Origin: an uncultured Verrucomicrobiae bacterium
GTDB lineage: Bacteria > Verrucomicrobiota > Verrucomicrobiia > Chthoniobacterales > JAATET01
Direction of reading: 5' to 3'
NCBI GenBank assembly: GCA_963719495.1
Contig: CAVRCI010000004.1
Location: forward strand, 160,001-224,000
DNA: 64,000 nt
Both the position numbers and the translations under genes were made by a program. The notes under the pieces are model-generated. The model did no database searches. It saw nothing but the letters and a program-made list of their open reading frames with translations, and had not been told where the DNA came from. Of this stretch, positions 29,042 to 39,990 are shown in pieces (position 1 is the stretch's first letter; each line of letters starts with the position of its first letter).

Positions 29042-29863
29042 TTATGGTTGAGAGTCGAGTGGGTTGATCAAGTCGAGTTGGGGTGGGATTGGTGGCTTTT
29101 CGACCTTCAGGTCGCTGGCGGAATACATCGTGAGGAGGGCTTGGGTGATTTCCTCGACTTCGGGGGCGGAGAGGTCGGTGGATTGGGGTTGGTTGATTTG
29201 GCGGATTAGGAGGTTGAGGGGGACTGGCTTGGGGCCTCCGGTGCGGGCGATCTCGGTGGGGTCGCGGAAGTCGGGTTGGTGGTAGTCGAGGTGGGTTGGA
29301 TCGAGTTTTAGAAACCCGGCTTTGGCGTAGGCGGCTAGGCGGGTGGTGCGGGCTGCGTCGGTGGGATCGGCGGGCTCCATTTCGGCGACGAGGGTGATGG
29401 GGGAATCGGTGGGGAGGCTTTGGCTTTCGAGGCAGGCTCGGGCCGTTTGGAGGGGGAGGGCGCGGAGCCAGCCGGCGAGGCCGGTGCGGCGCCAGGGTTT
29501 GGCGATCAGATTGTGGGAGAGGTGGACGATGGCGGTGCCGGTCGCGGGATTGACGATGGCGGTGTGATCGCGGACGGCGGCGAAGGCTCCAGTGGCGTCG
29601 GTGAGGTACGCGAGTTCGTAGCGGAGGGCGCGGCCCTCGTGGAGTTCGGTGGTGGGGCGGGTGAGGCGGTCGGCGAGAGTGGCTACGGTTTCGAGTTCGT
29701 TGGCGGCGGCGAATTCGGCTTGGAGGTGGCCGTAGGCTTCCTGGAAGAGAGGGTACTCCGGGGTGGTGATTCGGTGGAGGTGGATGGCCGAGAGGTCGGC
29801 GGTGAGGCTTTTGGCGTCGGCGGGGGCCAGGTCGGTTGGGATCATCCAGGGGTGGCGGGGCAT
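29042..29863 (-). CDS. hypothetical protein, probable GNAT-like fold
   Basis: HLSHNLIAKPWRRTGLAGWL (motif A-like), LVAEMEP, RLAAYAKAGF, YHQP. Confidence 0.55.
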   Translation of the reverse strand: MPRHPWMIPTDLAPADAKSLTADLSAIHLHRITTPEYPLFQEAYGHLQAEFAAANELETVATLADRLTRPTTELHEGRALRYELAYLTDATGAFAAVRDHTAIVNPATGTAIVHLSHNLIAKPWRRTGLAGWLRALPLQTARACLESQSLPTDSPITLVAEMEPADPTDAARTTRLAAYAKAGFLKLDPTHLDYHQPDFRDPTEIARTGGPKPVPLNLLIRQINQPQSTDLSAPEVEEITQALLTMYSASDLKVEKPPIPPQLDLINPLDSQP

Positions 29864-30111
29864 CGGTCTTGTTGGTGCGAGGCGTTGCCTCTGGGTTGGT
29901 TGGACGATTACGAATCGCCGTTCCTGCTATGGGGCGAAAATGTTCAATAGGCAAAATGGAATCGACGCGGACGACGGGGGGCGACGGAGACGGACGGTTC
30001 GATCTTGAAGCCGCCCTGGGTTGGCGGCGGCCACGGCGTGGCCGGCGGGCGAGGTGGTCGTGCCGATTGGTGGCGTGACATCTTTGGCCGGGGTGGGCAG
30101 GTTGCAGCGTC

Positions 30112-31107
30112 ATGGACAATGAGCGTGATCCGGTGGTGATTTTGGGGGACTTGTGCTCGCGGTTGGATTCGCTGCATTCGCAGCTGGAGACGGTGGTGGT
30201 GGGTCAGCGGCCGAACGTGGAGGCGATTTTGCAGGCTCTCCTTTGCCGGGGGCATTGTCTGCTCGTGGGCGTGCCGGGGTTGGCAAAGACTTTGTTGGTG
30301 AACGCGGTTTCGCGGCTGCTCGGGTTGCCGTTTGCGCGGATTCAATTCACGCCGGATCTGATGCCGTCGGACGTGACGGGGACGGAGATTCTGGAGGAGG
30401 ACGTGGCGACGGGGCACCGGAAATTTGTTTTCGTGCCGGGGCCGGTTTTCACGAACGTGCTGCTGGCGGACGAGATCAATCGGACGCCGCCGAAGACGCA
30501 GGCGGCGCTGCTGGAGGCGATGCAGGAGAAGACGGTGACGGTGGCGGGGAAGATCCGCGCGCTGGCGGAGCCGTTCATCGTGCTGGCGACGCAGAATCCG
30601 ATCGAGCAGGAGGGGACGTATCCGCTGCCGGAGGCGCAGTTGGATCGGTTTTTGTTCGAGCTGGAGGTGGGGTATCCGGGGTTGGAGGACGAGGTGCGGA
30701 TCGTGGAGCGGCATTCGTTCACGCCGACGAGTGAGTTGCAGCCGCTGTTTGCGGAGGGGGAATTGGCGGCGTTTCGGGACGCGGTGGCGCGGGTGCCGGT
30801 GCCGCCGAATGTCGTTCGCTACGCGGTGGAGTTGGTGCGGGCGACGCGGCCGGACGGGGACTCGGCTCCGGAGGAGATCCGCAAGTATCTGCGGTGGGGG
30901 GCTTCGCCGCGGGCGAGTCAGAATCTGATCATCGCGGGGCGGGCGCGGGCGGCTTGCGCGGGGCGGTTCAACGTGTCGTGCGAGGACGTGGCGGCACTGG
31001 CTCCCAATGTGTTGCGTCATCGCTTGATTCGAAATTTCCAAGCGGATGCGGATGGGGTGTCGGCTCCGGATTTGATCGCTGGGTTGCTGGAGCGGGTGCG
31101 GCATTGA
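30112..31107 (+). CDS. moxR: MoxR-family AAA+ ATPase
   Basis: [65 protein letters not shown]. Confidence 0.95.
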   Translation: MDNERDPVVILGDLCSRLDSLHSQLETVVVGQRPNVEAILQALLCRGHCLLVGVPGLAKTLLVNAVSRLLGLPFARIQFTPDLMPSDVTGTEILEEDVATGHRKFVFVPGPVFTNVLLADEINRTPPKTQAALLEAMQEKTVTVAGKIRALAEPFIVLATQNPIEQEGTYPLPEAQLDRFLFELEVGYPGLEDEVRIVERHSFTPTSELQPLFAEGELAAFRDAVARVPVPPNVVRYAVELVRATRPDGDSAPEEIRKYLRWGASPRASQNLIIAGRARAACAGRFNVSCEDVAALAPNVLRHRLIRNFQADADGVSAPDLIAGLLERVRH

Positions 31108-31156
31108 GGGGTGGGTGGGGGTGGCGTTTTGACTTCGGCTCGCTTCGCATTGCCTC

Positions 31157-31206
31157 GTGATGCGGCGGGACGCCGCATCTCGCACGCGGGGACGCGTGCG
31201 CTCCCC
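31157..31206. repeat. REP-like double-hairpin element, copy 3
   Basis: Same core as 26400. Followed by the CGGCGGC-TGGAA-GCCGTCG hairpin. Confidence 0.85.
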
Positions 31207-31238
31207 GGCGGCTGGAAGCCGTCGTTCCTTGAAGTGAC

Positions 31239-32132
31239 ATGAAGGCGGCTTTTGATCCGGGGGTTGTATCGGGGCTGGCTTCCTTGCCTTTGCGGGCTCG
31301 GTATTTGGTGGAGGGTTTTCTGACGGGGATCCACGCGAGTCCCTACCGGGGGTTTAGCGTGGAATTTTCGGAATACCGGGATTACCAGCCGGGGGATGAT
31401 CCGCGGCATTTGGATTGGCGGTTGTATGGGCGGTCGGATCGGTTGTGCATCCGGGAATTCGAGGAGGAGACGAACGTGCGGGCTTATCTGGTGGTGGATG
31501 CGAGCGGGAGCATGGGGTATGGCGGGGAGGGGGCGTGGGACTCGAAATTGGGTTGTGCGAAGGCCTTGGCTGCGGCTTTGGGGTGGTTGCTGCTTCGGCA
31601 GAAGGATGCGGCGGGGTTGCTGACGACCGGGGGGAATGGGGGGCTGCGGTCGGTGCCGCCGGGGCAGCGGTCGAGTCAGCTTGGGTTGCTGCTGCGGGAG
31701 CTGGGTGGGTTGGAGGCCGGGGGCGAGGGGGGATTGGGGTTTTTGCTCTCGGGGGCGAATCGGCTGATTCATCGCCGGAGCCTGGTGGCGATTTTTTCGG
31801 ATTTCCTGGAGGGGGTGGACGTGGTTGCCGATCGGGTGAAGGAGTTGCGGTTCAACGGGCACGATTGTTTTGTCTTTCAGATCCTGGACCGGGATGAGAT
31901 CGACTTTCCGTTCACGGAGGCGGCGGTGTTCGAGGATCCGGAGACGGGGATGCTGCGGCACGTGACGCCGGAGCGGGCGCGGGCGAAATATTTGGAGCGG
32001 TTCGAGGCGTTCATGGCGCCGCAGCGGGAGTTGTTTCGGAAGTTGGCGATTCCGCACGAGGTGATCCGAACGGACGCGGAGCCTTACGCGGCGATGGCCC
32101 GGTTCCTGGCGGCGCGGGGGCGGTTGCGATGA
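31239..32132 (+). CDS. DUF58 domain protein
   Basis: EFSEYRDYQPGDDPRHLDW...REFEEETN...DASGSM...FSDF. Confidence 0.92.
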   Translation: MKAAFDPGVVSGLASLPLRARYLVEGFLTGIHASPYRGFSVEFSEYRDYQPGDDPRHLDWRLYGRSDRLCIREFEEETNVRAYLVVDASGSMGYGGEGAWDSKLGCAKALAAALGWLLLRQKDAAGLLTTGGNGGLRSVPPGQRSSQLGLLLRELGGLEAGGEGGLGFLLSGANRLIHRRSLVAIFSDFLEGVDVVADRVKELRFNGHDCFVFQILDRDEIDFPFTEAAVFEDPETGMLRHVTPERARAKYLERFEAFMAPQRELFRKLAIPHEVIRTDAEPYAAMARFLAARGRLR

Positions 32133-34195
32133 TGTTTCTGGTGCCGTTGGGGTTGCTGGGGTTGGTGGGCGTGGCGGCTCCGCTGTGGCTGCATTTGCGG
32201 CGGCGGCATCGAACGAACGTGCGGTCGTTCGCGGCGTTGCGGTTTCTGGACGATCAGCCGGCTCCGCGGGACATGCCGTTGAGGGTGCGGGAGTGGCCTT
32301 TGTTTTTGCTTCGTTTGCTGGCGCTCGTTCTGGCGGTTTTGGCGTTGGCGGGGTTGATGTTCAATCGGTCGGCGGCGGCGGAAGGTGAAACGGAGGTGAG
32401 GATTTATCTGCTGGATAATACGTTGAGTCACCGGGTGGACGGGGCGTTCGAGCGGGCGCGGCGGGAGGTGGCCCGGGAGGTGCGGTCGGCTCCGTCGGGG
32501 GCGCAGGTGGGGGTGATCGAGATCGCGGCGCGGTGCCGGGTGGTGGCGGAGTTGGGGGGGGATCGGGCGGAGGGGGCGGCGGCGGTCGAGGCGCTGGAGC
32601 CGACGCATCAGCGGGGGAGTTATCTGGAGGCGTTTCGGTTGGCGGCGGGGATGCTGGACCGGTCGTTGGGGGAGCGGCGGCGGATCCTGGTCTCCGGAGA
32701 CCGGCAGCGAAATCAGTGGGAGGAGAATCTGAGCGTGCCGCCGTTTTTGGAGAACGTGGAGGTGGTGATGGCGGAGGCGGCGGGGCGGAACGGGGCGGGG
32801 AATCTTTACACGGCGACGACGCGGGTGGGGCGGAAGCTGACGCGGGAGGCGGCGGTGACGGAGCTGACGCTGGATCTCGGCGCGCAGGAGGCGAACGGGC
32901 GGGCGGAGATCGTGGTGCGGTCGGGGGAGCGGGAGGTGGTGCGTCAGGATCTGGCGCTGGATGCGGGGAATCTGACGGTGCGGGCGAATTGGAAGGATGA
33001 TTCGAAGGGGTGGGTGCGGGGGGAGGTGGAACTGAAGGGCGAGCCGGACGCGCTGCGGGAGGATGATCGGAGCTACTTCGCGGTGCCGCCGCTGGAGCCG
33101 GGGCGGATCGGGCTGATCGCGCGGTCGCCCTACCTGCGGGCGAGCCTGGATCCGGAGATCTCGGCGGGGGTGTGGGACGTGACGCGGTTGACGCCGGACG
33201 AGATTCGGGCGGAGGCGGGCGCGGATGCGCCGGGGTTCGACGCGGTGGTGGTGGAGAGCGATTATTTGCAGTCGGCGGAGGTGCGCGGGGTGGTGCTCAA
33301 GCATTTGAACAACGGGCGGGGGGTGGTGCTTTTCGTTTCGCGGACGACGCCGCTGGTGGAGGGATTTTTGCGGACGCTGGGGTTTTCGGGCGGGGAAGTG
33401 GTCGACTTCGCGGCGGAGGGGTCGGCGTTTCGGTATGCGGCGTTTTCGCATCCGGCGCTGTCGGCTTACTCGCGCCAGGATTTTGGGGATTTGCTGGCGG
33501 TGCGGGTGAGGAAGTATCTGGCGTTGGCGGCGGAGGAGGCGGACGGAATCCTGTTTGCGGGGGACGGGGTGCCGGTGGCGTTCGAGACGCGCGGGACGAA
33601 GGGGCGGATGCTGGTCTTTGGCTTTGGAGCGGACGCGGAGTGGACGAATTGGGTGCTGCGGCCCGACTTTTTGCCGTTTCTGGATGGGTGTCTGACGCAC
33701 GTGCGGGCGGCTCCGGAATTGCAGACTTCGGTGGAGCCGGGGGAGGTGCTTTATCGGGTGATGGAGCGCGGGGCGGGGGTGGAGTTTGCGCTGGCCGACG
33801 ATGGGGGGCGGGAGGCGACGCGGGCGGTGGCGGATGAGGCGGGGCGGCTGCGGATCGTGGCTCCGGACGCGCCGGGGATCTACGAGTTGCGGCGGTCCGG
33901 GGGGGCCGGGGGGGCTGGGGTTCAGCATGGGGCGAAAGGTCCGGAAGAGAAGACGAGTCTGGTGAGCGTGAGTCCGGATTCGGCGGAGTCGGTGCTGGAT
34001 TACATCGAGGGCACGCCCGCGGCGGTGGCGGCCTGGACTTTGCAGGCGAAGGACGCGCCGGTGGTGGCTCCGGCGCGGGCGGTAACAGCGGTGGCGGGGC
34101 GGGAGGAGACGTTGTGGTGGTGGTTGCTTTTGGGCGGGGCGGGGCTTCTACTCGCGGAGATGATCTGGACGAACCGGCGGGGGGAAACGGCGTGA
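32129..34195 (+). CDS. BatA-domain / VWA-like membrane protein
   Basis: PLWLHL.RR...F.ALRFL...LLRLLAL BatA N-terminus; LLDNTLS; VSGD; C-terminal LWWWLL TM. Confidence 0.8.
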   Translation: MMFLVPLGLLGLVGVAAPLWLHLRRRHRTNVRSFAALRFLDDQPAPRDMPLRVREWPLFLLRLLALVLAVLALAGLMFNRSAAAEGETEVRIYLLDNTLSHRVDGAFERARREVAREVRSAPSGAQVGVIEIAARCRVVAELGGDRAEGAAAVEALEPTHQRGSYLEAFRLAAGMLDRSLGERRRILVSGDRQRNQWEENLSVPPFLENVEVVMAEAAGRNGAGNLYTATTRVGRKLTREAAVTELTLDLGAQEANGRAEIVVRSGEREVVRQDLALDAGNLTVRANWKDDSKGWVRGEVELKGEPDALREDDRSYFAVPPLEPGRIGLIARSPYLRASLDPEISAGVWDVTRLTPDEIRAEAGADAPGFDAVVVESDYLQSAEVRGVVLKHLNNGRGVVLFVSRTTPLVEGFLRTLGFSGGEVVDFAAEGSAFRYAAFSHPALSAYSRQDFGDLLAVRVRKYLALAAEEADGILFAGDGVPVAFETRGTKGRMLVFGFGADAEWTNWVLRPDFLPFLDGCLTHVRAAPELQTSVEPGEVLYRVMERGAGVEFALADDGGREATRAVADEAGRLRIVAPDAPGIYELRRSGGAGGAGVQHGAKGPEEKTSLVSVSPDSAESVLDYIEGTPAAVAAWTLQAKDAPVVAPARAVTAVAGREETLWWWLLLGGAGLLLAEMIWTNRRGETA

Positions 34196-34307
34196 GGGGG
34201 ATACCCATTCGAACCTTGGATGGACGCGGATGGCCACGGATTGGGTTGGGGGTTTTGCCGGGTCTTGGGTGGGGTCTCTTGACGTCGACCACTACGGGGG
34301 GATTGGT

Positions 34308-36821
34308 TTGAATCCGGAGGTCGAGCGGGTTTTCCGGGGGACGCTGGCTCGGTGGCGTTGGCTTTTGTTTGTCCGGTGGATTGGGTGGACGGTTTTGGGG
34401 GCTTGCTTGGGGGTGGTTGGGTTGGGGGCGATGGCGCTTCTCGGGGGGGTAACGGACGTCGGGGTGGCGGCTCTGGGGGTGGCGGCGGTGGTGCTTTTTG
34501 TGGGGATTGCTCTGGTGATCGGGGGGATTCGGGCGGCTTCGGCGGCTCGGGAGGAGGCTTGGCTGGCGGAGAGGATCGAGGGGGCGGCTCCGGCGCTGCT
34601 GGATCGATTGAACACGCTGGCGGATCTGGAGCGCCGGGGGTCGGGGCGGGAGTGGGTGCCGGCGATCGGGGAGCAGGCGGCGGGGGAACTCGCGCGGGCC
34701 GGCCGCATCCGGGCGGTGTCGGCGGAGCCGACGTGGATGGTGGTGGTGGCGGCTTCGATCGCACTGGCGGGAACCGTTTTTTTTCTGACGGAGACGCGGC
34801 CTTGGGACGAGCTCGGTCGGGAATCGGTGGCGGTGGTCGGGGCGGCGGAGGATGCGTTCGAGCTGGACCTGCCGGACGATACTTCCTCGCAAATGCGGGC
34901 GGCGTGGGGGGAGGTGCGGATCACCGAGCCGGGTGGGGATCTCAAACTGACGAAGGTCGACGTGCTGCCGATCACGGTCGAGGCGGCTTCGAACGAGGCT
35001 TTGCGGCGGGCTTCCTGGACGACGGCGGTGAATGGAGGGGCGGCGCGGGACCGGGTGCTGCCGGAGCCGCGGGAGCCGAATTACGCGGTTTACGAGCCGT
35101 TGCTGTATCTGGATGAGTTGGCGGTGGATGATTGGGACGTGGTGAGCTACTCGGCGTCGGCGCTGGCGGGGGAGGCGACGCGGTATTCGTCGGAGATTTT
35201 CTTCGTGGAAATCCGCCCGTTTCGCGAGGAGCTCATCAAGCTCGAGGGTGGCGGCGGTGGCGGCGCGGCGATGGCTTGTTTGAAGAAATTGAGCCGGTTG
35301 ATCGAGAAGCAGACCGACATCCTGCGCGGGACTCACCGGCAGGAGGGGCGTCCGGCGGAGACGTCGGAAGAGCGGGAGCAGGATCAGGCCAAATTGGTCG
35401 GGGCGCAGGGCGAGACGCGCGACGCGACGGCGCATCTCTACGGCGAGGTGGCGGAGATCGAGCACGAGGACATCGCGACGGTGTTGGATCAGTTGGCGCA
35501 AGCGAGGGACACGATGGATGGGGCGGTGGGGGCGCTGGAGACGTCGGACAACGGGTCGGCTTTGGCCGCGGAGCAACTGGCTTTGCAACAGCTCGTCGAG
35601 TCGCGGAAGGATTATTTGAAGGCGCTCGCGAATGGGGCTGGGGGAGGGAGTGGCGGGGCCGAGGAGTCGCAGCCGGTGGCGGGGATGGATCTGGACGGGA
35701 GGATTGCGGACATGGCGGAATTCCGCGACGCGCGGGCGGCGGCGATGACGGCGGTGCGGGAGGCGCGCGAGGCGCAGGAAGCGCTGGCGGAGGAGGCTGC
35801 CGCCACGGACAAGGCGGATCTGCCGGGGCTGGAATTGGAACAGAAGCGGATCGCGGCGACGCTCGAGGCGATGCGCGAGCGGGCGCCGGAGCCGTTCCAG
35901 GCGGCGGAGGCCGCGGCGGGGCAGGCGACGTCGGCGATGGGCGTGGCGGCCGATTCGCTGGCGGGCGGCGACCGGCAGGCCGCGGGGGACGCACGGGCGG
36001 CGGCGGAGAAATTGGCCGAGCTCGAAGCGGCCCTGGCGAGGCAGGACGCGCTGGAGGCGATGGCGGACGTCTACCGAATGAAGGCCGTGCTGGACGCGCA
36101 GGCGGAGCGCTTGGCGGAGTCGGGCGGGGATGCGACCGAGGCGGAGCGGAACGAGGAATTGGCGCAAGCGGGCGACCGGATCGAGCGGGCGAAGGCGGTG
36201 ATGGAGGAGACGCTCGAAGACACGGGCGCGGGGGAATTGTTCGGGCCGGGGCTGGGGAGATCGCTCGCCGGTGAGCCGGGCGAGCGATTGGACGCGGCGG
36301 CGAAAAAATTACAGGAAGGCGGCGGCGAGGGCGCGACCGAGGCGATGGCGGCTTTGGAGGAGATCGCGACGTCGTTCGAGGCGAGTCAGCCGGGATCGTT
36401 GCGCGGGGCGGGGGCGGACCGGCTGGCCGGACCGGGTGAAGTGAGCGACGCGGCGAGGATCCTGGGCGCACTGGCGAAGCGAATGGCGGAGCGGCGCGAG
36501 TTGAGCGACGAGGATCTGCGGCGGCAATTGGAGGAGGCTAGGCTGGCGCTCGTGGACGCGAGGGAGACGGCGGCGGTGCCGAAATTGGCGGCGCTCGCGG
36601 CGGATCTCGAAGCGATGTCGGGCGACGTGGACCTGGAGATCGACGAGGTGGCGCTGCGCAAGTTGGTGGACCGTCTGGAGTCGTATCGGCTGGAGATGGC
36701 GGACCTCGAACGGGAGATGCCGGTGGACCCGGCGTTGTTGAAATTCGACCCGGCGGAGGCTCCCGAGGAGTTTCGCGACCGGGTGCGGCGGTATTTCGAG
36801 AAATTGTCGGAGGGGGCGTGA
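34308..36821 (+). CDS. membrane-anchored coiled-coil protein (DUF4175-like) of the MoxR operon
   Basis: Three TM segments, an Ig-like segment, a long Ala/Glu coiled coil and C-terminal PEEFRDRVRRYFEKL. Start uncertain. Confidence 0.7.
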   Translation: MNPEVERVFRGTLARWRWLLFVRWIGWTVLGACLGVVGLGAMALLGGVTDVGVAALGVAAVVLFVGIALVIGGIRAASAAREEAWLAERIEGAAPALLDRLNTLADLERRGSGREWVPAIGEQAAGELARAGRIRAVSAEPTWMVVVAASIALAGTVFFLTETRPWDELGRESVAVVGAAEDAFELDLPDDTSSQMRAAWGEVRITEPGGDLKLTKVDVLPITVEAASNEALRRASWTTAVNGGAARDRVLPEPREPNYAVYEPLLYLDELAVDDWDVVSYSASALAGEATRYSSEIFFVEIRPFREELIKLEGGGGGGAAMACLKKLSRLIEKQTDILRGTHRQEGRPAETSEEREQDQAKLVGAQGETRDATAHLYGEVAEIEHEDIATVLDQLAQARDTMDGAVGALETSDNGSALAAEQLALQQLVESRKDYLKALANGAGGGSGGAEESQPVAGMDLDGRIADMAEFRDARAAAMTAVREAREAQEALAEEAAATDKADLPGLELEQKRIAATLEAMRERAPEPFQAAEAAAGQATSAMGVAADSLAGGDRQAAGDARAAAEKLAELEAALARQDALEAMADVYRMKAVLDAQAERLAESGGDATEAERNEELAQAGDRIERAKAVMEETLEDTGAGELFGPGLGRSLAGEPGERLDAAAKKLQEGGGEGATEAMAALEEIATSFEASQPGSLRGAGADRLAGPGEVSDAARILGALAKRMAERRELSDEDLRRQLEEARLALVDARETAAVPKLAALAADLEAMSGDVDLEIDEVALRKLVDRLESYRLEMADLEREMPVDPALLKFDPAEAPEEFRDRVRRYFEKLSEGA

Positions 36822-36855
36822 GGCTGGTCTTGGTTGGGTGGGTGGTGATTGGCGG

Positions 36856-39132
36856 ATGATGGGGGGGCGGGTGATTTTCGAGACTCCGTGGGTTGGGTTG
36901 GCGGTCGGCTTGATTGGGCTGGGGCTCGTTGTCTGGGGGTCGGCTGGATTGGCGCGGCGGGGGTTGCGGCGTGGGCGCGTGGGCGTGTTGGCTGGATTGC
37001 GGGCGGTGGCGGTGCTGGTGATCGCGGGGTTGCTGGCGCGCCCGGTGATCGTGGTGCCGCGGCCGGACGAAGCCGCGCGGCGGGACGTCGTGTTGCTCGT
37101 GGACCGGAGCGCGAGTATGGCGCTGGCGGACACCGAGTCGGGCGCGCGGCTGGCGGACGCGCTCGTGTTTGCGCGGGACGTGGTGGGGCCGGCGGTGCAG
37201 CGGGCGGGCTTCCGGGTGCGGCCGATGGTCTTCGACTCGACGGCGGAAGGGGTGGACGCGGCGGAGTTGGCGGTTGCCAAAGCGGAGGGGGTTGGCACGG
37301 ATCTGGGGGTCGCTTTTTCCGCGGCCTTGGCGGCGACGGCCCGGGAGCCGGCGGCGATCGTGGTGCTGACCGATGGCGCGGCGAACGAGATCGAGTCGAA
37401 TGGAGCGGCGGTCGCGGCGTTGCTGGCGACGCGCACGCCCGTGATCGCCGTGGGCGTGGGGTCGGACCGGGGCGTCGAGACCCTGGATCTCGCGGGCTTG
37501 GACGCGCCGGAGGCCGTGCCGCCGAACGCGACCTTCCGGATCGGCGCGAGGTTGGAGGCGAATCTCGCCGGGCCGCTGGGCGCGTTTGATTTGATCCTGC
37601 TGCGGGATGGGAAATTTCACGATCGCCGCAGGGTCGGTGGGGTGACGGGATCGCGGTATTGGTCGGAGAGTTTCGAACTGAGCGAGGCGGAGGAAGGTCG
37701 GCACGAGTATCGGGTGCGGATCGAGACGCCGGCGGCGGAGCGGGGGATCGTGCTGATCGAGAGCGAGGCCAAGGTCGCGGTGCGCGTGAGCCGCGAACGC
37801 GAATTGCGGGTGCTCTACATGCAGGGGGCGCTGACTTGGGATTTCAAATTCATCGGACTCGCGCTGCGGGGCGATCCGACGGTGCGGGTGACGGGCTTGA
37901 GCCGGACGAGCGAGCGGTCGGTCTTCCGACAAAACCTCGAGGAGCCGGGCGAGTTGCTGGACGGATTTCCCGACGACGTTGCGGACTTGGCGGCGTTTTC
38001 GGTCGTCGTGCTGTCGAGCTTGAGACCGTCGGAGCTGACGCCCGCGCAGCAGGAGGCGATCGCGTCGTTCTGCGCCGATTACGGCGGTGGAGTCTTGCTG
38101 ATCGGTGGACGGAATACTTTCGACGCGTCGTGGCGTGGGAGCCGTTTGGAACAAATGCTGCCCGTGCGTTTCGAGGACGACCGGGGGGTGCGCGGACTGG
38201 ATCCACCTTTTCAAATGCGGCTCACGGCGGAGGCGTTGGCGGACCCGGTTTTCGAGATCGGCGAGGCCGGGGAGACGGCGGACGCGTGGCGGAAGTTGCC
38301 GCCGTTCGACGATTACGGGCGGGTGGTCGAGGCGAAGGCCGGAGCGACCGTGTGGGCGGTGCATTCCGAAGACGTGGGGCCGGATGGCCAACCGCGCGTG
38401 CTGATGGCCGAGCAGCCCTACGGGTCGGGCACGGCGGTGGTGATCGCGCTTCAGAATCTCTGGAAATGGCGGCTGGCGAAGGATGCGGATCAGGGTCATT
38501 TCGATCGATTCTGGCAGCAACTCGTCCGGCGGCTGGCGGAGGCGGGACGGCAGGCGGTGCGGATCGAAGTGGCGGACCAGGAGCTGGGTCCGGGGCGGGA
38601 AATTCGATTGATTCTCAACCGTCGGGAGGCGGCCGACGACGCGGTGGCGGAGACGGAAACGGATGAGCAAGGGCCCCGGGCGGCGGAGGTCCTGCGCTTT
38701 CGGGTCACCACGGACCTTGGCGACACGGTCGCAAGCGAAAACATCGAGTTGGGGGGCGGGCAGCGGGCGGAGGTCGGGTTCACGCCGGATAAGGCGGGGA
38801 TTTACACCATCGACGTGATCGGTGAAGGCGACGTGGCGCTTGCAACGAGGACGCTGGAGATTCGCGAGCCGAACGTCGAAATGGCTCGCCCGGGGCGGGA
38901 CATGGAGACGCTGCGGCAGTGGTCGGCGATGAGCGCGGGGACGGCGTGGACGGTGGAGGAAGCGCGGGGACAAGTGGATGAGTTCGCGGCGGGCTTGAAG
39001 GAGCGGATCGAGGAGGCGAGTCGCACGCGGCTTCAACGCGAGCCCCTGGGGCCGGGTTTGTGGGCGATGGCGCTGGTGGTGCTGCCGCTGGGGGCGGGGT
39101 GGGTGCTGAGAAAGCGCTGGATGTTGCGGTGA
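36856..39132 (+). CDS. membrane protein with VWA and glutamine-amidotransferase-like domains
   Basis: LVDRSASM, GTDLG, VLTDGA (MIDAS); YGGGVLLIGG; QPYGSG...LWKWR; C-terminal WVLRKR. Confidence 0.8.
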   Translation: MMGGRVIFETPWVGLAVGLIGLGLVVWGSAGLARRGLRRGRVGVLAGLRAVAVLVIAGLLARPVIVVPRPDEAARRDVVLLVDRSASMALADTESGARLADALVFARDVVGPAVQRAGFRVRPMVFDSTAEGVDAAELAVAKAEGVGTDLGVAFSAALAATAREPAAIVVLTDGAANEIESNGAAVAALLATRTPVIAVGVGSDRGVETLDLAGLDAPEAVPPNATFRIGARLEANLAGPLGAFDLILLRDGKFHDRRRVGGVTGSRYWSESFELSEAEEGRHEYRVRIETPAAERGIVLIESEAKVAVRVSRERELRVLYMQGALTWDFKFIGLALRGDPTVRVTGLSRTSERSVFRQNLEEPGELLDGFPDDVADLAAFSVVVLSSLRPSELTPAQQEAIASFCADYGGGVLLIGGRNTFDASWRGSRLEQMLPVRFEDDRGVRGLDPPFQMRLTAEALADPVFEIGEAGETADAWRKLPPFDDYGRVVEAKAGATVWAVHSEDVGPDGQPRVLMAEQPYGSGTAVVIALQNLWKWRLAKDADQGHFDRFWQQLVRRLAEAGRQAVRIEVADQELGPGREIRLILNRREAADDAVAETETDEQGPRAAEVLRFRVTTDLGDTVASENIELGGGQRAEVGFTPDKAGIYTIDVIGEGDVALATRTLEIREPNVEMARPGRDMETLRQWSAMSAGTAWTVEEARGQVDEFAAGLKERIEEASRTRLQREPLGPGLWAMALVVLPLGAGWVLRKRWMLR

Positions 39133-39281
39133 TGCGGGGGGCGATTTCGCGTCGAGACCGTTTGGCTCGCTGGCGCCTTGTCGATCGCCGAGGAGGGATG
39201 CCGCGGCTCGCACGTCGGGAGGCGTGCGTTCCCCCGCTGAATCTCTTGGTCTCGGTGGGGTGGTTGTGGGAGAGTCCTCGG

Positions 39282-39941
39282 GTGGGACGGATCTTTTGGT
39301 TGTGGATTTGGATGGGGCTGGCCGGCGTCGTGGTGGCGGGGCCGTCGGACGACGCGAGCACGTTCTTCGTGGGGCGGTTGGCTTTCGGATCGAACAAGGG
39401 GTCGGACTGCGGCGATATTGGGGACGATCTGGTGAAACTGGTAGCACGGGCTTCGACGATCCAAGTGCGCGAGAAGCGGCTGCTCAACGTGTCGGACGAG
39501 GCGCTCTTCGAGACACCGTTCGTGTTCATGAACGGACACGACGATTTCGTTTTGTCGGAGGCCGAGCTCGAGAATTTGCGGCGTTACCTGACCAATGGCG
39601 GGTTCGCTTTTTCCTCCGGTTGCTGCACGAATCCGGCCTTTCCGGCGGCGTGGCGGCGGGAATTCAGCCGGGTCTTTCCGGGCGAGAAGGTGCGGCGGAT
39701 TCCTTACGACGACCTGATTTACCGGTCGTTCTATAAGCTGGATCGGCTGACCTCGGTCGAAAAGGGCGAGATCTGGCTGGAGGGGCTCTACCGTGAAGAT
39801 GAACTCGTCGCGGTGATGGGGGAGGACGGTCTGTGTTGCTCCTTCGCGATGGACGGGAGCTGCAACAAGGGCCACGGAGTGCCGCCGGACGAGGCGAAGA
39901 AAATCGCGCTCAACATCTGCGTCTACGCGCTGACGCATTGA
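39282..39941 (+). CDS. DUF4159 domain protein
   Basis: PFVFMNGHDDFVLSEAELENLRRYLTNGGF...NICVYALTH. Start uncertain. Confidence 0.8.
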   Translation: MGRIFWLWIWMGLAGVVVAGPSDDASTFFVGRLAFGSNKGSDCGDIGDDLVKLVARASTIQVREKRLLNVSDEALFETPFVFMNGHDDFVLSEAELENLRRYLTNGGFAFSSGCCTNPAFPAAWRREFSRVFPGEKVRRIPYDDLIYRSFYKLDRLTSVEKGEIWLEGLYREDELVAVMGEDGLCCSFAMDGSCNKGHGVPPDEAKKIALNICVYALTH

Positions 39942-39990
39942 TCCGCTCGAAGCGGCGGAGTCAACGAGCGTTTGGGAATCTCGAGAATTC

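Noticed and set aside
30112..39941. MoxR-DUF58-BatA-VWA-DUF4159 operon as a novel system
   Set aside because: A widespread, recognised arrangement in PVC bacteria and Bacteroidota. Its function is unclear, but nothing here is unusual.
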